Assembly (NCBI GenBank): GCA_045568475.1
Contig: JBJLAY010000028.1
Location: 121 to 64,120, forward strand
DNA: 64,000 bases
Source of the DNA: Candidatus Poseidoniaceae archaeon
GTDB taxonomy: Archaea; Thermoplasmatota; Poseidoniia; Poseidoniales; Poseidoniaceae
Reading direction: 5' to 3'
Shown: in pieces, positions 20,535-29,508 of the stretch
How positions within the stretch are numbered: the stretch's first letter is position 1
How the letters are laid out: every line of letters begins with the position of its first letter
Program-made: the position numbers and the translations under genes
The notes under the pieces: generated by a model
The model's database searches: none
The model's input: only the letters and a program-made list of their open reading frames with translations
What the model was told of the DNA's origin: nothing

Positions 20535-20554
20535 TTCCAGTGGAAATGAAGGGG
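20535..20554 (+). promoter_or_regulatory. ORB-like element (Orc1/Cdc6 origin recognition box)
   Basis: TTCCAGTGGAAATGAAGGGG: TTCCA-x-TGGAA dyad plus G-string, matching the archaeal ORB consensus. Confidence 0.7.
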
Positions 20555-20624
20555 AAGAGTTGTTCAAACTCAATGATTATATGCGGCCGACAACGGCTCA
20601 AGATGTCCGGTTGGGGGATTTACA

Positions 20625-22739
20625 ATGACTATCCAAGAATTTGATTTGCCAGCCAGGTGGCGTTCACTCCTACTGGACAATTACAGTGAAGCAATCCACA
20701 ACCTCGAAGTTTCTTGGCCCGACGTGCAGTCATTAGAGGTCTCATACAGGGACATAGAATCCTTTGATCCCGATTTCGCATTATCAATTGTCGAGGAGCC
20801 CGAAAATAACACTCAGGCTGCTAATCAAGCATTGGGGCTTCTTTTAGCAGAATTAGGCTCTCCAAGAATCGTTGCATTCGTTCGTATCATCGAGTTACCG
20901 TCGGATACCCATCGTACAGTTAGGCAACTTCGTAGCGAAGATTTAGGATCGATGATTTCAGTCGATGCAATTGCAACAAAGATTGGTAGAGTTTTACCTA
21001 GAACATACGAGGGTTCGTTTGTTTGTGTAGCATGCGGTCATTCAACAAGAGTAAGTCAACCGAATGAACAAGAATTGATTGAGCCCATAGAGTGTTTCGA
21101 AATAGATGGCGGGTGCGGGAGGCGCAAAGGTCAGACACGCTTCGTCCAAAGAGTGGAAGAATCGATTTTGATCGACACCCAATTCATCGAGTTACAAGAG
21201 CCCCCTGAAAACCTTCGAGGAGGAGTACAACCGGAGAGGATCCTTTGTATCGCAGAGCATGATATCGCAGGCCAACTAAATCCCGGTGACCGCGTTACTG
21301 CAAACGGCATGCTATTCGTTCGTTCGCAAAGGAAATCCGGGAAAGACACCCCGATTTTTGATATATTTATGCGAATCCACAGTATTCAAAGAGAAAGTAT
21401 TCCGTTAGAAGAAATTCAAATTTCAGAAGACGAGGAGAGGGAAATAAAGGAATTAGCCCGCCGTGATGACATCCACCAATTGCTAAGAGATTCGATTGCC
21501 CCTTCCATTTTCGGCATGTCTATGCAGAAAGAGACTCTAATGCTACAATTATTCGGCGGAGTTGCATCTAAGGCAAGTGATGGTACCAGGTTGAGAGGAG
21601 ACATTCACATCTTGCTAATGGGAGACCCCGGTGTTGCAAAGTCCCAACTTCTTTCTTACATGTCACAGATTTCACCACGTGGAAGATTTACTTCAGGTAT
21701 GTCTGCTTCTGCAGCGGGATTAACTGCAGCAGCAGTTCAAGATTCAGCTGCCGATGGACGTTGGACTTTAGAGGCAGGAGCATTAGCACTTGCAGATTTA
21801 GGCCTAGCAGCAATTGACGAATTCGACAAGATGAATGAGAACGACCGCTCATCGATGCACGAAGCAATGGAGCAACAAAGAATTTCAATTTCTAAAGCCG
21901 GAATTAACGCAACACTTTCCACAAGATGTGCAATTCTCGCTGCGGCAAACCCGAAAGCAGGCCGATTCCAATCAGTCTCTGAAGTGCCATTCACCCAGCA
22001 AATCAACCTCAAGCCGGCTCTAATATCTAGGTTTGATGTAATATGGTTGCTAACCGATCAACCCGAAGCCGACTTCGACACCAGAATCGCAAATCACATC
22101 ATGAACAATCGTGCAAACTCAACCCCTGAGATTCTTATTGATCAAGGCAGTGCTGTTGACCCCTCCAAAACTTCAGCACACGATGGACTTGACGAAAATA
22201 AAGGAATTGTTAATCGGGACATGATTAGGAAATACGTTGCATTTGCAAAGAGAACAATCCACCCCACACTATCTCCGGAAGCTCAAAACCTGTTGCGAGA
22301 ATATTATGTTGAAACAAGAAGAAAAGGTGGAGAATCACACGATTCAATCGCAATCTCAGCAAGGGCAATAGAAGGCCTTTATCGTTTAGCACAAGCATCA
22401 GCAAGAGTGCGATTGTCTGAAGAAGCGACCACAGAAGATGCAGAACGCTCAATTCGCCTAACTAAAACATGGCGACATGAATTAATGGGCGATAATTTCG
22501 ATGAGACCACACTTCAGTCCGGGAAGAAAGCGACAGCCAGAAATCGAGAAAGAACCATCCTTGAAATCGTTCGAAGAATATATGTCGAAACAGGACAGTT
22601 CGTTTCTCTCAATGATGTTCTGACCGAAGCAGGGCGCAGCGACATTTCCCGCGATGTTGCCGAAGATCTGATTGATGCATTATGCCGAGACGGTAGACTG
22701 ATGCGTCCTGGTGGATACGAGACACTACAGCCGGTATGA
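20625..22739 (+). CDS. mcm: Replicative helicase MCM
   Basis: Zn finger CVAC..C..C, Walker A GDPGVAKS, Walker B IDEFDKM, SRFD arginine finger, C-terminal wHTH; no intein. Confidence 0.97.
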   Translation: MTIQEFDLPARWRSLLLDNYSEAIHNLEVSWPDVQSLEVSYRDIESFDPDFALSIVEEPENNTQAANQALGLLLAELGSPRIVAFVRIIELPSDTHRTVRQLRSEDLGSMISVDAIATKIGRVLPRTYEGSFVCVACGHSTRVSQPNEQELIEPIECFEIDGGCGRRKGQTRFVQRVEESILIDTQFIELQEPPENLRGGVQPERILCIAEHDIAGQLNPGDRVTANGMLFVRSQRKSGKDTPIFDIFMRIHSIQRESIPLEEIQISEDEEREIKELARRDDIHQLLRDSIAPSIFGMSMQKETLMLQLFGGVASKASDGTRLRGDIHILLMGDPGVAKSQLLSYMSQISPRGRFTSGMSASAAGLTAAAVQDSAADGRWTLEAGALALADLGLAAIDEFDKMNENDRSSMHEAMEQQRISISKAGINATLSTRCAILAAANPKAGRFQSVSEVPFTQQINLKPALISRFDVIWLLTDQPEADFDTRIANHIMNNRANSTPEILIDQGSAVDPSKTSAHDGLDENKGIVNRDMIRKYVAFAKRTIHPTLSPEAQNLLREYYVETRRKGGESHDSIAISARAIEGLYRLAQASARVRLSEEATTEDAERSIRLTKTWRHELMGDNFDETTLQSGKKATARNRERTILEIVRRIYVETGQFVSLNDVLTEAGRSDISRDVAEDLIDALCRDGRLMRPGGYETLQPV

Positions 22740-22779
22740 TACGATGCGCTCATATCGATGAGGCTCTACAGGTGGTAAC

Positions 22780-24771
22780 ATGGAACCGGAAGGCGATGTG
22801 GCAACTCCCGCACTGCTAGACCCAGAAGGTCTAGGTTTCATGTGTGGAATTGAGGTACATCAGCAGTTGGCTACCGGTAAGTTACACTCCCGTCAACCTG
22901 GAGTTCTACACGATATCACTATCGAGACACTCCCGGAAGATTGGCCTAAATTTCCTCGTCGCCTACGCTCTGCAAGAGGCGAAGGCGGAACAGTAGATGT
23001 TGCTGCAAGATTCGAATCTCGTCGTAATCGATCATTCGTTTACTGCCAATCGCCCAACTCAGGTTTGATTGAACTCGACGAGCAACCTCCATTGCCTCAT
23101 GACAATGATGCTCTAGATATTTCATTGACCGTATCTGGAATGATAAATGCACATCCTGTACCTCTACTTCAGACAATGCGCAAGACAGTTGTCGACGGTT
23201 CGAATACCAGTGGTTTTCAGCGAACTACATTAGTCGCTACAAACGGAGTTTTGGAAACCGAAGGCGGACCTGTGGGAATTGATGTGCTATGTTTGGAAGA
23301 AGACAGCGCTCGAAAACTAGACAGTGAGTTAACACCAGACGGTGAAATTGTAACATGGAATTTAGACAGACTCGGTATTCCATTAATCGAAATCGCGACA
23401 GCACCTGATGTCAAAACTCCAGATCATGCAAAGCAAACTTCGATAGCTTTGGGAAGAACTCTCAGAGATACAAGAAGAGTGAGAAGGGGCCTGGGAAGTA
23501 TTCGCCAGGATCTCAATGTGTCTATAATGTGCGGAGACAGGGTTGAAATCAAGGGTTGTCAGGATCTAGAATGGATTCCAAAAATAATCCGTTGTGAAAT
23601 GGCAAGGCAGTTACATTTCTACAGGCTAGCAAATCAATTACGTTCTGCACACGGCTTACCTCCATTATCCAATGACAGAAGGGTAGAGTCACCTTCAGTC
23701 CAAGAAGAAGTTTCTCAAATTCTCCAACTCAATCTAGTAGACGTAAGTTCTGCCTTCCAGTCGTGTGAATCCAAGAGAGTCAAATCCGGATTAGAATCCA
23801 ATTCGGTAATGTTGGCATTACCGCTTCCTGGGTTTGCAGGATTGATTGGCGTCAAGGAGTTCGATGCAGACGGTGCTCAAATGCCAAGACTTGGTCGAGA
23901 ACTTGCAGGTGCAGCAAAGTTAGCTGGCGTGGCAGGAGTTTACCATTCTGATGAATTACCGGCTTACGGAATAGAACAAGATTACGTTGATGCAACTAGG
24001 GAATTACTAGACGGCGTAGATGCTTTCGTATTGTGCTTAGCCCCACAATGGCAAGCAGAATTAGCCCTTGAGAGCGTTCTAAACCGTGCAAGAATGGCAT
24101 TCGAAAGAATCTCTCAAGAGGTTCGAAATGTTGCAATTAAGAAAGGTTCACCAGAGGATGGCACCACTACTCCAATGAGGCCTCTGCCAGGTGGTGCTAG
24201 GATGTATCCTGAAACTGACATCCCTCCTTTGGCAATTAGTTCTCAACACTGGCAAAAAATCCTAGAAAATTTACCAATGACTCAGGCAGAACGATTGGAA
24301 AGGCTTCGTGATTTCAAAATTAGTGAAGATCAAGTAAAGCAATTATGCTCTAGAGAGTTAGATGACCATTTCGTTGCACATAACAAGGACTTACCTCCTA
24401 AAGCATGGGCAACAATGCTCCTGGAGAATGACGGAGAAACAGGCTTGATGGCATTAGTATTAGCGGCCAAGGAAGAAGGACATGTTACAAGAGAAGGAAT
24501 GTCAATTTTAATCAAAGAGTTCGCTGGAAAAAACCCAAGCATGGAACAACTTGCGAATAAAGCCGAGCAATTAGGGATAAAGCCTGCAGATGCTGGAGAT
24601 CTAATGTCAATTGTTGAGAAAGTTGTAGCAAGCAGAATTGATTTCGTCAAAGAAAGAGGAATGGGCGCACTTGGTCCATTGATGGGCGTTGTTATGAAAG
24701 AATGTGGCGGGGCAGCTGACGGAAAACAGGTCAGTGCACTGTTACGAGAAGTAATTATGAGGCATTCTTAA
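22780..24771 (+). CDS. gatE: Glu-tRNA(Gln) amidotransferase subunit E
   Basis: GIEVHQQL, RKTVVDGSNTSGFQRT, RRGLGSIRQD, HSDELP, RMYPETD. Confidence 0.96.
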   Translation: MEPEGDVATPALLDPEGLGFMCGIEVHQQLATGKLHSRQPGVLHDITIETLPEDWPKFPRRLRSARGEGGTVDVAARFESRRNRSFVYCQSPNSGLIELDEQPPLPHDNDALDISLTVSGMINAHPVPLLQTMRKTVVDGSNTSGFQRTTLVATNGVLETEGGPVGIDVLCLEEDSARKLDSELTPDGEIVTWNLDRLGIPLIEIATAPDVKTPDHAKQTSIALGRTLRDTRRVRRGLGSIRQDLNVSIMCGDRVEIKGCQDLEWIPKIIRCEMARQLHFYRLANQLRSAHGLPPLSNDRRVESPSVQEEVSQILQLNLVDVSSAFQSCESKRVKSGLESNSVMLALPLPGFAGLIGVKEFDADGAQMPRLGRELAGAAKLAGVAGVYHSDELPAYGIEQDYVDATRELLDGVDAFVLCLAPQWQAELALESVLNRARMAFERISQEVRNVAIKKGSPEDGTTTPMRPLPGGARMYPETDIPPLAISSQHWQKILENLPMTQAERLERLRDFKISEDQVKQLCSRELDDHFVAHNKDLPPKAWATMLLENDGETGLMALVLAAKEEGHVTREGMSILIKEFAGKNPSMEQLANKAEQLGIKPADAGDLMSIVEKVVASRIDFVKERGMGALGPLMGVVMKECGGAADGKQVSALLREVIMRHS

Positions 24772-26411
24772 TGAAGCGAAGTCTGGTTTTATCATTCCTT
24801 CTTCTATGCTTACTTGTGCCTCTTTCTACAGGTGCTGAGCAAGAACGAAGTTCATGGGAAATAGACCTGGATAATGGTTATATTTCTACAAAACCAATTA
24901 TTGTTGATGAACAAGTAATCGTTAGAACATCTGGGTTCTGGACAGGAGAAGATCGGCCTCATGTTTATGCGTTCGATATAGATTCAGGACAAGAGAATTG
25001 GAGATTTAGAAGTGACGAATCAACGAATCACGACATGAGCCCTTTGCTACATGTTGATGCTGGAAATGGCCCCTGTGGTTCTTGGAGTGAGATGGTATTA
25101 GTTGGGTGGACAGATGGTAAGGTCACAGCTCTCGATATATCGACGGGTTCACCAATCTGGGAGATACAGACTGAGGTTGTTTCATGGGGAATAACCGGTT
25201 CTATGGCAGTTGATTCCGATAGTGTCATTGTTCCTACTAGGCAAGGATTGTCAAGACTATGCTTGAGCGATGGGGCAGAATCACTGAGAGTTAATTTGGA
25301 TGAATTGGGTTGGAGAAATGGAGTTACTGTTACTGAAGAAAATTACCTTATTGGAAACGAAGAAGGAGTTTTGAATATAATTTCCAAGCAAGGAATAGTC
25401 AGCAAAATGTCAATCGGTGAAGGTAAGATTAGACACGCCCCAATCGTTACAGAGGCAGGAGTCATAATCCATCTACAGACCAACTCCGGCTCTCAAATTT
25501 ACTTAGGCCAACAATTGTTATCCAATGAAGGACATTCGCCTGCAATACCGTTACTTGTAGGCCACGATGTGTATCTGGCAACTAGTTCTAACGTAATATG
25601 GTTGGAATGTTCAATCAACTGTAGCATTCAAGGAAAATCAGCTTATCACACGAATGGAGAAATTACTCATAACATCTTCAATGATACAATTTGGTTCCCT
25701 CACAATACACCTGAAGGTGGGTGGGGGGCCGGGGTGCCAGGTTCAGAAATCACGTCTTTGAATACGGAACATGACACATACACAACAGCAGGAATAGCGT
25801 TCGGTGAAAATGGAGAAATGGCCTTTGGAAACGATAACGGTATACTGATGTTTTTGCATTCTGAAAGTTCTTACTTAGCAATAGAAGAGAATGAACAAAC
25901 CTCTTCCGGAAAAGATTCTTATTTCCAGGAATTTCTGATTTTGTTTTTGTGTGGGGCCATGTTTTTCTTCCAACTAAAGAAGAACGACAAGATGGCAACA
26001 AAAATCGGTTTACTACTTCTACTGGTAATTATGATCTTGATATTACCAGATGTCTCAAACATTTGGTCTAAAGAAATTGACTCTTTAGAAGACTCTCCGG
26101 GCGACTGGGATGAATCATGGCCCGATGAATGGAAAGGAACCCAAGTAATTGTATTCGAATTACCTGAGGGGGACCTAGCCCTAGGTGGATTCGATGGGTA
26201 TCAAACAGTAGAGGAATTTACAGATGCAGCCGCAGCAGATTTGAACATTACAGTGGTCAAAGAATCGTATGATTTTGGAGTATGGATTACTTCCTTCAAC
26301 GAGGAGTCTGGTGAAGGATGGGAATTCACTATTGATGGGAAGAGGTCAACTGTTGGAATCTCCGTTGCAGACATCGAAGAAGACAGTGTTGTACGCTGGT
26401 CTCCAGCGTGA
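24771..26411 (+). CDS. PQQ-like beta-propeller, 2 TM and DUF4430 (transcobalamin-like C-terminal domain) fusion
   Basis: Signal peptide; AFDIDSGQENW and ALDISTGSPIW blades; C-terminal FGVWITSFN...GWEFTIDGK...VG...IEEDSVVRW. Confidence 0.7.
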   Translation: MKRSLVLSFLLLCLLVPLSTGAEQERSSWEIDLDNGYISTKPIIVDEQVIVRTSGFWTGEDRPHVYAFDIDSGQENWRFRSDESTNHDMSPLLHVDAGNGPCGSWSEMVLVGWTDGKVTALDISTGSPIWEIQTEVVSWGITGSMAVDSDSVIVPTRQGLSRLCLSDGAESLRVNLDELGWRNGVTVTEENYLIGNEEGVLNIISKQGIVSKMSIGEGKIRHAPIVTEAGVIIHLQTNSGSQIYLGQQLLSNEGHSPAIPLLVGHDVYLATSSNVIWLECSINCSIQGKSAYHTNGEITHNIFNDTIWFPHNTPEGGWGAGVPGSEITSLNTEHDTYTTAGIAFGENGEMAFGNDNGILMFLHSESSYLAIEENEQTSSGKDSYFQEFLILFLCGAMFFFQLKKNDKMATKIGLLLLLVIMILILPDVSNIWSKEIDSLEDSPGDWDESWPDEWKGTQVIVFELPEGDLALGGFDGYQTVEEFTDAAAADLNITVVKESYDFGVWITSFNEESGEGWEFTIDGKRSTVGISVADIEEDSVVRWSPA

Positions 26412-26442
26412 AGTTCAAGTCTTGGACACTCTACCGCTGTCC

Positions 26443-27102
26443 ATGGTACTAACCGGCGGGGTCCACGGCCCAACCCTCGCTCCCGTCGAATTATTGGCAC
26501 TTAACGCTGTATTAGTGACCATTTCTTTCTTCCTTCTTTGCAAGCCAACGCAATCTGCCAAAAGAGAAATTCTTGTTCTGTCAAGTATTACCTTGGCAGC
26601 AGCGGCGAGCCGTATTTTGCTAGAGCCATTGCCAAATGTTCAGCCCCTTACAGTGATGTGTCTGGTAATGGGTGCAACCTTGGGTGCTCGTAGAGGAATG
26701 GCATTTGCAGTAATTGCAACCATGCTCTCGAACCTAGTTCTGTCACACGGGTGGTGGACATTGTTCCAAGCAAGTGGGTGGGCCGCAGTAGCCTTTGCAG
26801 GCTCACGCTTAGGTCTAGTCATAGATAACGTAGTCCAAATGAAGCGCCTAGCAATAACTGCAGTCGTGGCTTCAGTTCTATTCGACTGGTGGGTCTCTCT
26901 ATCCATCTTTACGAGCGGAATGACCATCTCAGAGTTTGGAATCTATCTCTTGAATGGCTTACCATTCGATGCATTACACGCAGTTGGCAGTTTAGTAACA
27001 GTGGTGTGGGTTGCTCCATGGCTTGCAAACTTAGTCTTCGAAGAGACTACGCAAATCGAGCAACCACAGGTAAGCGGTGAGGCAGATGTCATCTCCGCTT
27101 AA
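26443..27102 (+). CDS. ECF transporter S component, CbrT-like (cobalamin)
   Basis: LPNVQP, G..RG, LSN..L.HGWWT.FQ, GLPFDALHA; start reset to MVLTG. Confidence 0.8.
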   Translation: MVLTGGVHGPTLAPVELLALNAVLVTISFFLLCKPTQSAKREILVLSSITLAAAASRILLEPLPNVQPLTVMCLVMGATLGARRGMAFAVIATMLSNLVLSHGWWTLFQASGWAAVAFAGSRLGLVIDNVVQMKRLAITAVVASVLFDWWVSLSIFTSGMTISEFGIYLLNGLPFDALHAVGSLVTVVWVAPWLANLVFEETTQIEQPQVSGEADVISA

Positions 27103-27454
27103 TGAAGTGACAATGGTCTTGGTGACCCGTGACGATCTCAAACTTTCCAAAGGTAAGTTAGCAGCTCAATGCGCTCATGCAGCAGTTGATTGTGCCATGA
27201 AAGCGAAGAAGAAGGCAATTCGATTATACGAACGCTGGAACAATGTTGGCGCTCGAAAGATTGTTCTTCGAGCAGAGGACGAATCACAACTCCGTCTACT
27301 GTATGCAAAGGCCTTGGAGGGAGGTTTAGTATGTTCATTAATCAAAGATGCAGGCCATACAGAAATTCCCCCTGGAACAGTCACTGTTCTAGGTATAGGG
27401 CCTTCACCGCGTTCCGCAGTTGATGCCATCACTGGCGACCTGAAACTGCTTTGA
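27086..27454 (+). CDS. pth2: Peptidyl-tRNA hydrolase 2
   Basis: DLKLSKGKLAAQCAHA, KIVL, DAGHTEI, GIGP. Confidence 0.95.
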   Translation: MSSPLNEVTMVLVTRDDLKLSKGKLAAQCAHAAVDCAMKAKKKAIRLYERWNNVGARKIVLRAEDESQLRLLYAKALEGGLVCSLIKDAGHTEIPPGTVTVLGIGPSPRSAVDAITGDLKLL

Positions 27455-27476
27455 GTGAAGGCGGGGTGGACAGGTC

Positions 27477-28517
27477 ATGCGCGAGTACCCATCAGACCGT
27501 GTAGATGTCCGAAGCGACACCGTAACAAAGCCTACTGCGGCTATGCGCGTAGTTATGGAAAAGGCAGAAGTTGGTGATGACGTACTAGGTGACGATCCAA
27601 CAGTGAACGAGCTTCAGAACAGACTTGCAAAGATGTTCGGGAAAGAAGCAGCATTGTTTGTAGCAAGTGGAACTATGTCCAACGCAATTGCTTTGAGGAC
27701 CCATACAGTCCCTGGAGATGAAATTGTGTGCGACAAAACTGCTCATATCTACAAGTATGAAGGAGGCGGATATGCTGCACTTTGCGGGGTTTCAATTTCT
27801 CTTGTTGAAGGCGAAGGTGGCCTAATGACTGCCGCTCAGGTGAAATCAGCAATTCGTAAGGCTGAGGGGTCAGGCTCGCACTATCCAGATGGCAAGTTGG
27901 TTTGTGTTGAAAACACATCAAACCTTGGCGGAGGAGCATGTTACACCCAAGATGTACTGGATGAGATTGCTGCAGTAGCCAAAGAGAATGGCTGTGCAAC
28001 TCACATCGATGGTGCTAGAATTTTCAATGCTTCAATCACAACCGGAGTAGATGTTGCAAGAATGTGTAGAGACTATGATTCGGTCTCAATTTGTCTTTCA
28101 AAGGGGCTGGGCGCTCCAGTAGGGTCTGTTTTAGTTGGCTCTCAAGAGTTCATCAATAAAGCACATCGCTGGAGGAAAATGTTTGGCGGAGGTTGGAGAC
28201 AAGCAGGTGTACTTGCAGCAGCAGGCCTGTATGCCTTAGACAATCATATCGAAAGATTATCAGAAGATCATACACGCGCTTTGCGTGTGGCTACAGCAAT
28301 CAATGCAATGGATAATTTCAGCGTTGATATGAAAGCAGTCCAGTCTAATTTGGTGTATGTGAATTGTAATATTCCTGCCGCAGATGTCGTAAAATCATTG
28401 GCCGAATATGGCATCGATATGTTTGACCTCCCGTACAATCGAGTCAGGGTAGCGATTCATCTTCACATAACAGACGAAGATGTTGAACGCATCATTGCTG
28501 CTTTCGCTGCACAGTGA
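27477..28517 (+). CDS. ltaE: Low-specificity L-threonine aldolase
   Basis: DVRSDTVTKP, SGTMSN, HIDGARIFNA, CLSKGLGAPVGS. Confidence 0.93.
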   Translation: MREYPSDRVDVRSDTVTKPTAAMRVVMEKAEVGDDVLGDDPTVNELQNRLAKMFGKEAALFVASGTMSNAIALRTHTVPGDEIVCDKTAHIYKYEGGGYAALCGVSISLVEGEGGLMTAAQVKSAIRKAEGSGSHYPDGKLVCVENTSNLGGGACYTQDVLDEIAAVAKENGCATHIDGARIFNASITTGVDVARMCRDYDSVSICLSKGLGAPVGSVLVGSQEFINKAHRWRKMFGGGWRQAGVLAAAGLYALDNHIERLSEDHTRALRVATAINAMDNFSVDMKAVQSNLVYVNCNIPAADVVKSLAEYGIDMFDLPYNRVRVAIHLHITDEDVERIIAAFAAQ

Positions 28518-29406
28518 TAGCGGCAATCATTGCAACCGTTAAGACAGCAATAAGGCTCAGACCTGGCAGTCCACTATCATCACTAGAATCATCGTCATCT
28601 TCCTCGACATCCTTCGGAGTATCTTCTGGCACTTCTGGAAGAACAACTTCGTGGATAAGGTGAATTTCTAGATCGTCCCCATCATATGCTGCGGGCAAAG
28701 AAATCTCTTTGCTGCCAGATAGGTCTTCACCTAATTCAACAATGGCCCTTACACTTTCATGGTAGTACTCTTCACCGTTGCCTCCCTCAGAGAAGTACGC
28801 TAAATCTTCAACAACCCATATTGATGATTTTATTGTACTGTTGTCTGGGAAATTGGACATATCTATGATTAGGTTCCATGTTACTGTTGAAGCAGAACCA
28901 TTACTCCCTGGGGCCCAACCTAGACTGGAGGTTCCAATTCCCAGGTGTAAAGAATTTTGTAGATTTGCATTGTAATCGTCTTGTAGACTGTCGCCATTAG
29001 GAACACTTCCGGTTTGCCTTAATGTTCCATTGAAAATAGCGATTGGGGGTAACCTTTGAACATATCTTTCAATCCACCTGTCATCTCCTTCTTGTGAACC
29101 CAGAGGGTCCTCATTCTCTCCGATGAACCTGTGGAAGTGATATTGTTGCATGTGGTTGGTTTCTTCGACATCATCCAGTGCATGTTCAACATCTACACAA
29201 TTGACACACCAAGTTGCAGTGTAGTCTTCAACAATAGCTGGCATTTCAGAGAAATCTAGGGACAAGTTACCTGATGAACTTGCGTTGATATGAACGCCGC
29301 CAAAGACAGCACCAACCTCATCCATTTGTTCCGGGCTTCCACTCTGAGCAGTAGGAATTGTTGACATTGCTAGAATCAACGCTACTAGAATAATGCGGGT
29401 TCGCAT
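28492..29406 (-). CDS. Secreted thioredoxin-like (CxxC) protein with PGF-CTERM-like anchor
   Basis: Signal peptide, EDYTATWCVNC, acidic linker, LPGL followed by TM and RK. Confidence 0.7.
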   Translation of the reverse strand: MRTRIILVALILAMSTIPTAQSGSPEQMDEVGAVFGGVHINASSSGNLSLDFSEMPAIVEDYTATWCVNCVDVEHALDDVEETNHMQQYHFHRFIGENEDPLGSQEGDDRWIERYVQRLPPIAIFNGTLRQTGSVPNGDSLQDDYNANLQNSLHLGIGTSSLGWAPGSNGSASTVTWNLIIDMSNFPDNSTIKSSIWVVEDLAYFSEGGNGEEYYHESVRAIVELGEDLSGSKEISLPAAYDGDDLEIHLIHEVVLPEVPEDTPKDVEEDDDDSSDDSGLPGLSLIAVLTVAMIAAITVQRKQQ

Positions 29407-29508
29407 AAGTCTGCGAGTCTTTACTCGTTTTCAATAGTTCTGTCCGTAGAATCAGGCGTGGGTTCAAGAACCACCGTCACCGAGTTGGGCCGTTAGGCGG
29501 ACAACCCG

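Noticed and set aside
20625..22739. Intein in MCM, or a viral/plasmid MCM
   Set aside because: 704 aa with contiguous motifs and a housekeeping context next to gatE
24700..26443. Cobalamin riboswitch before the B12 module
   Set aside because: Genes overlap or are 31 nt apart, leaving no room, and no B12-box was seen
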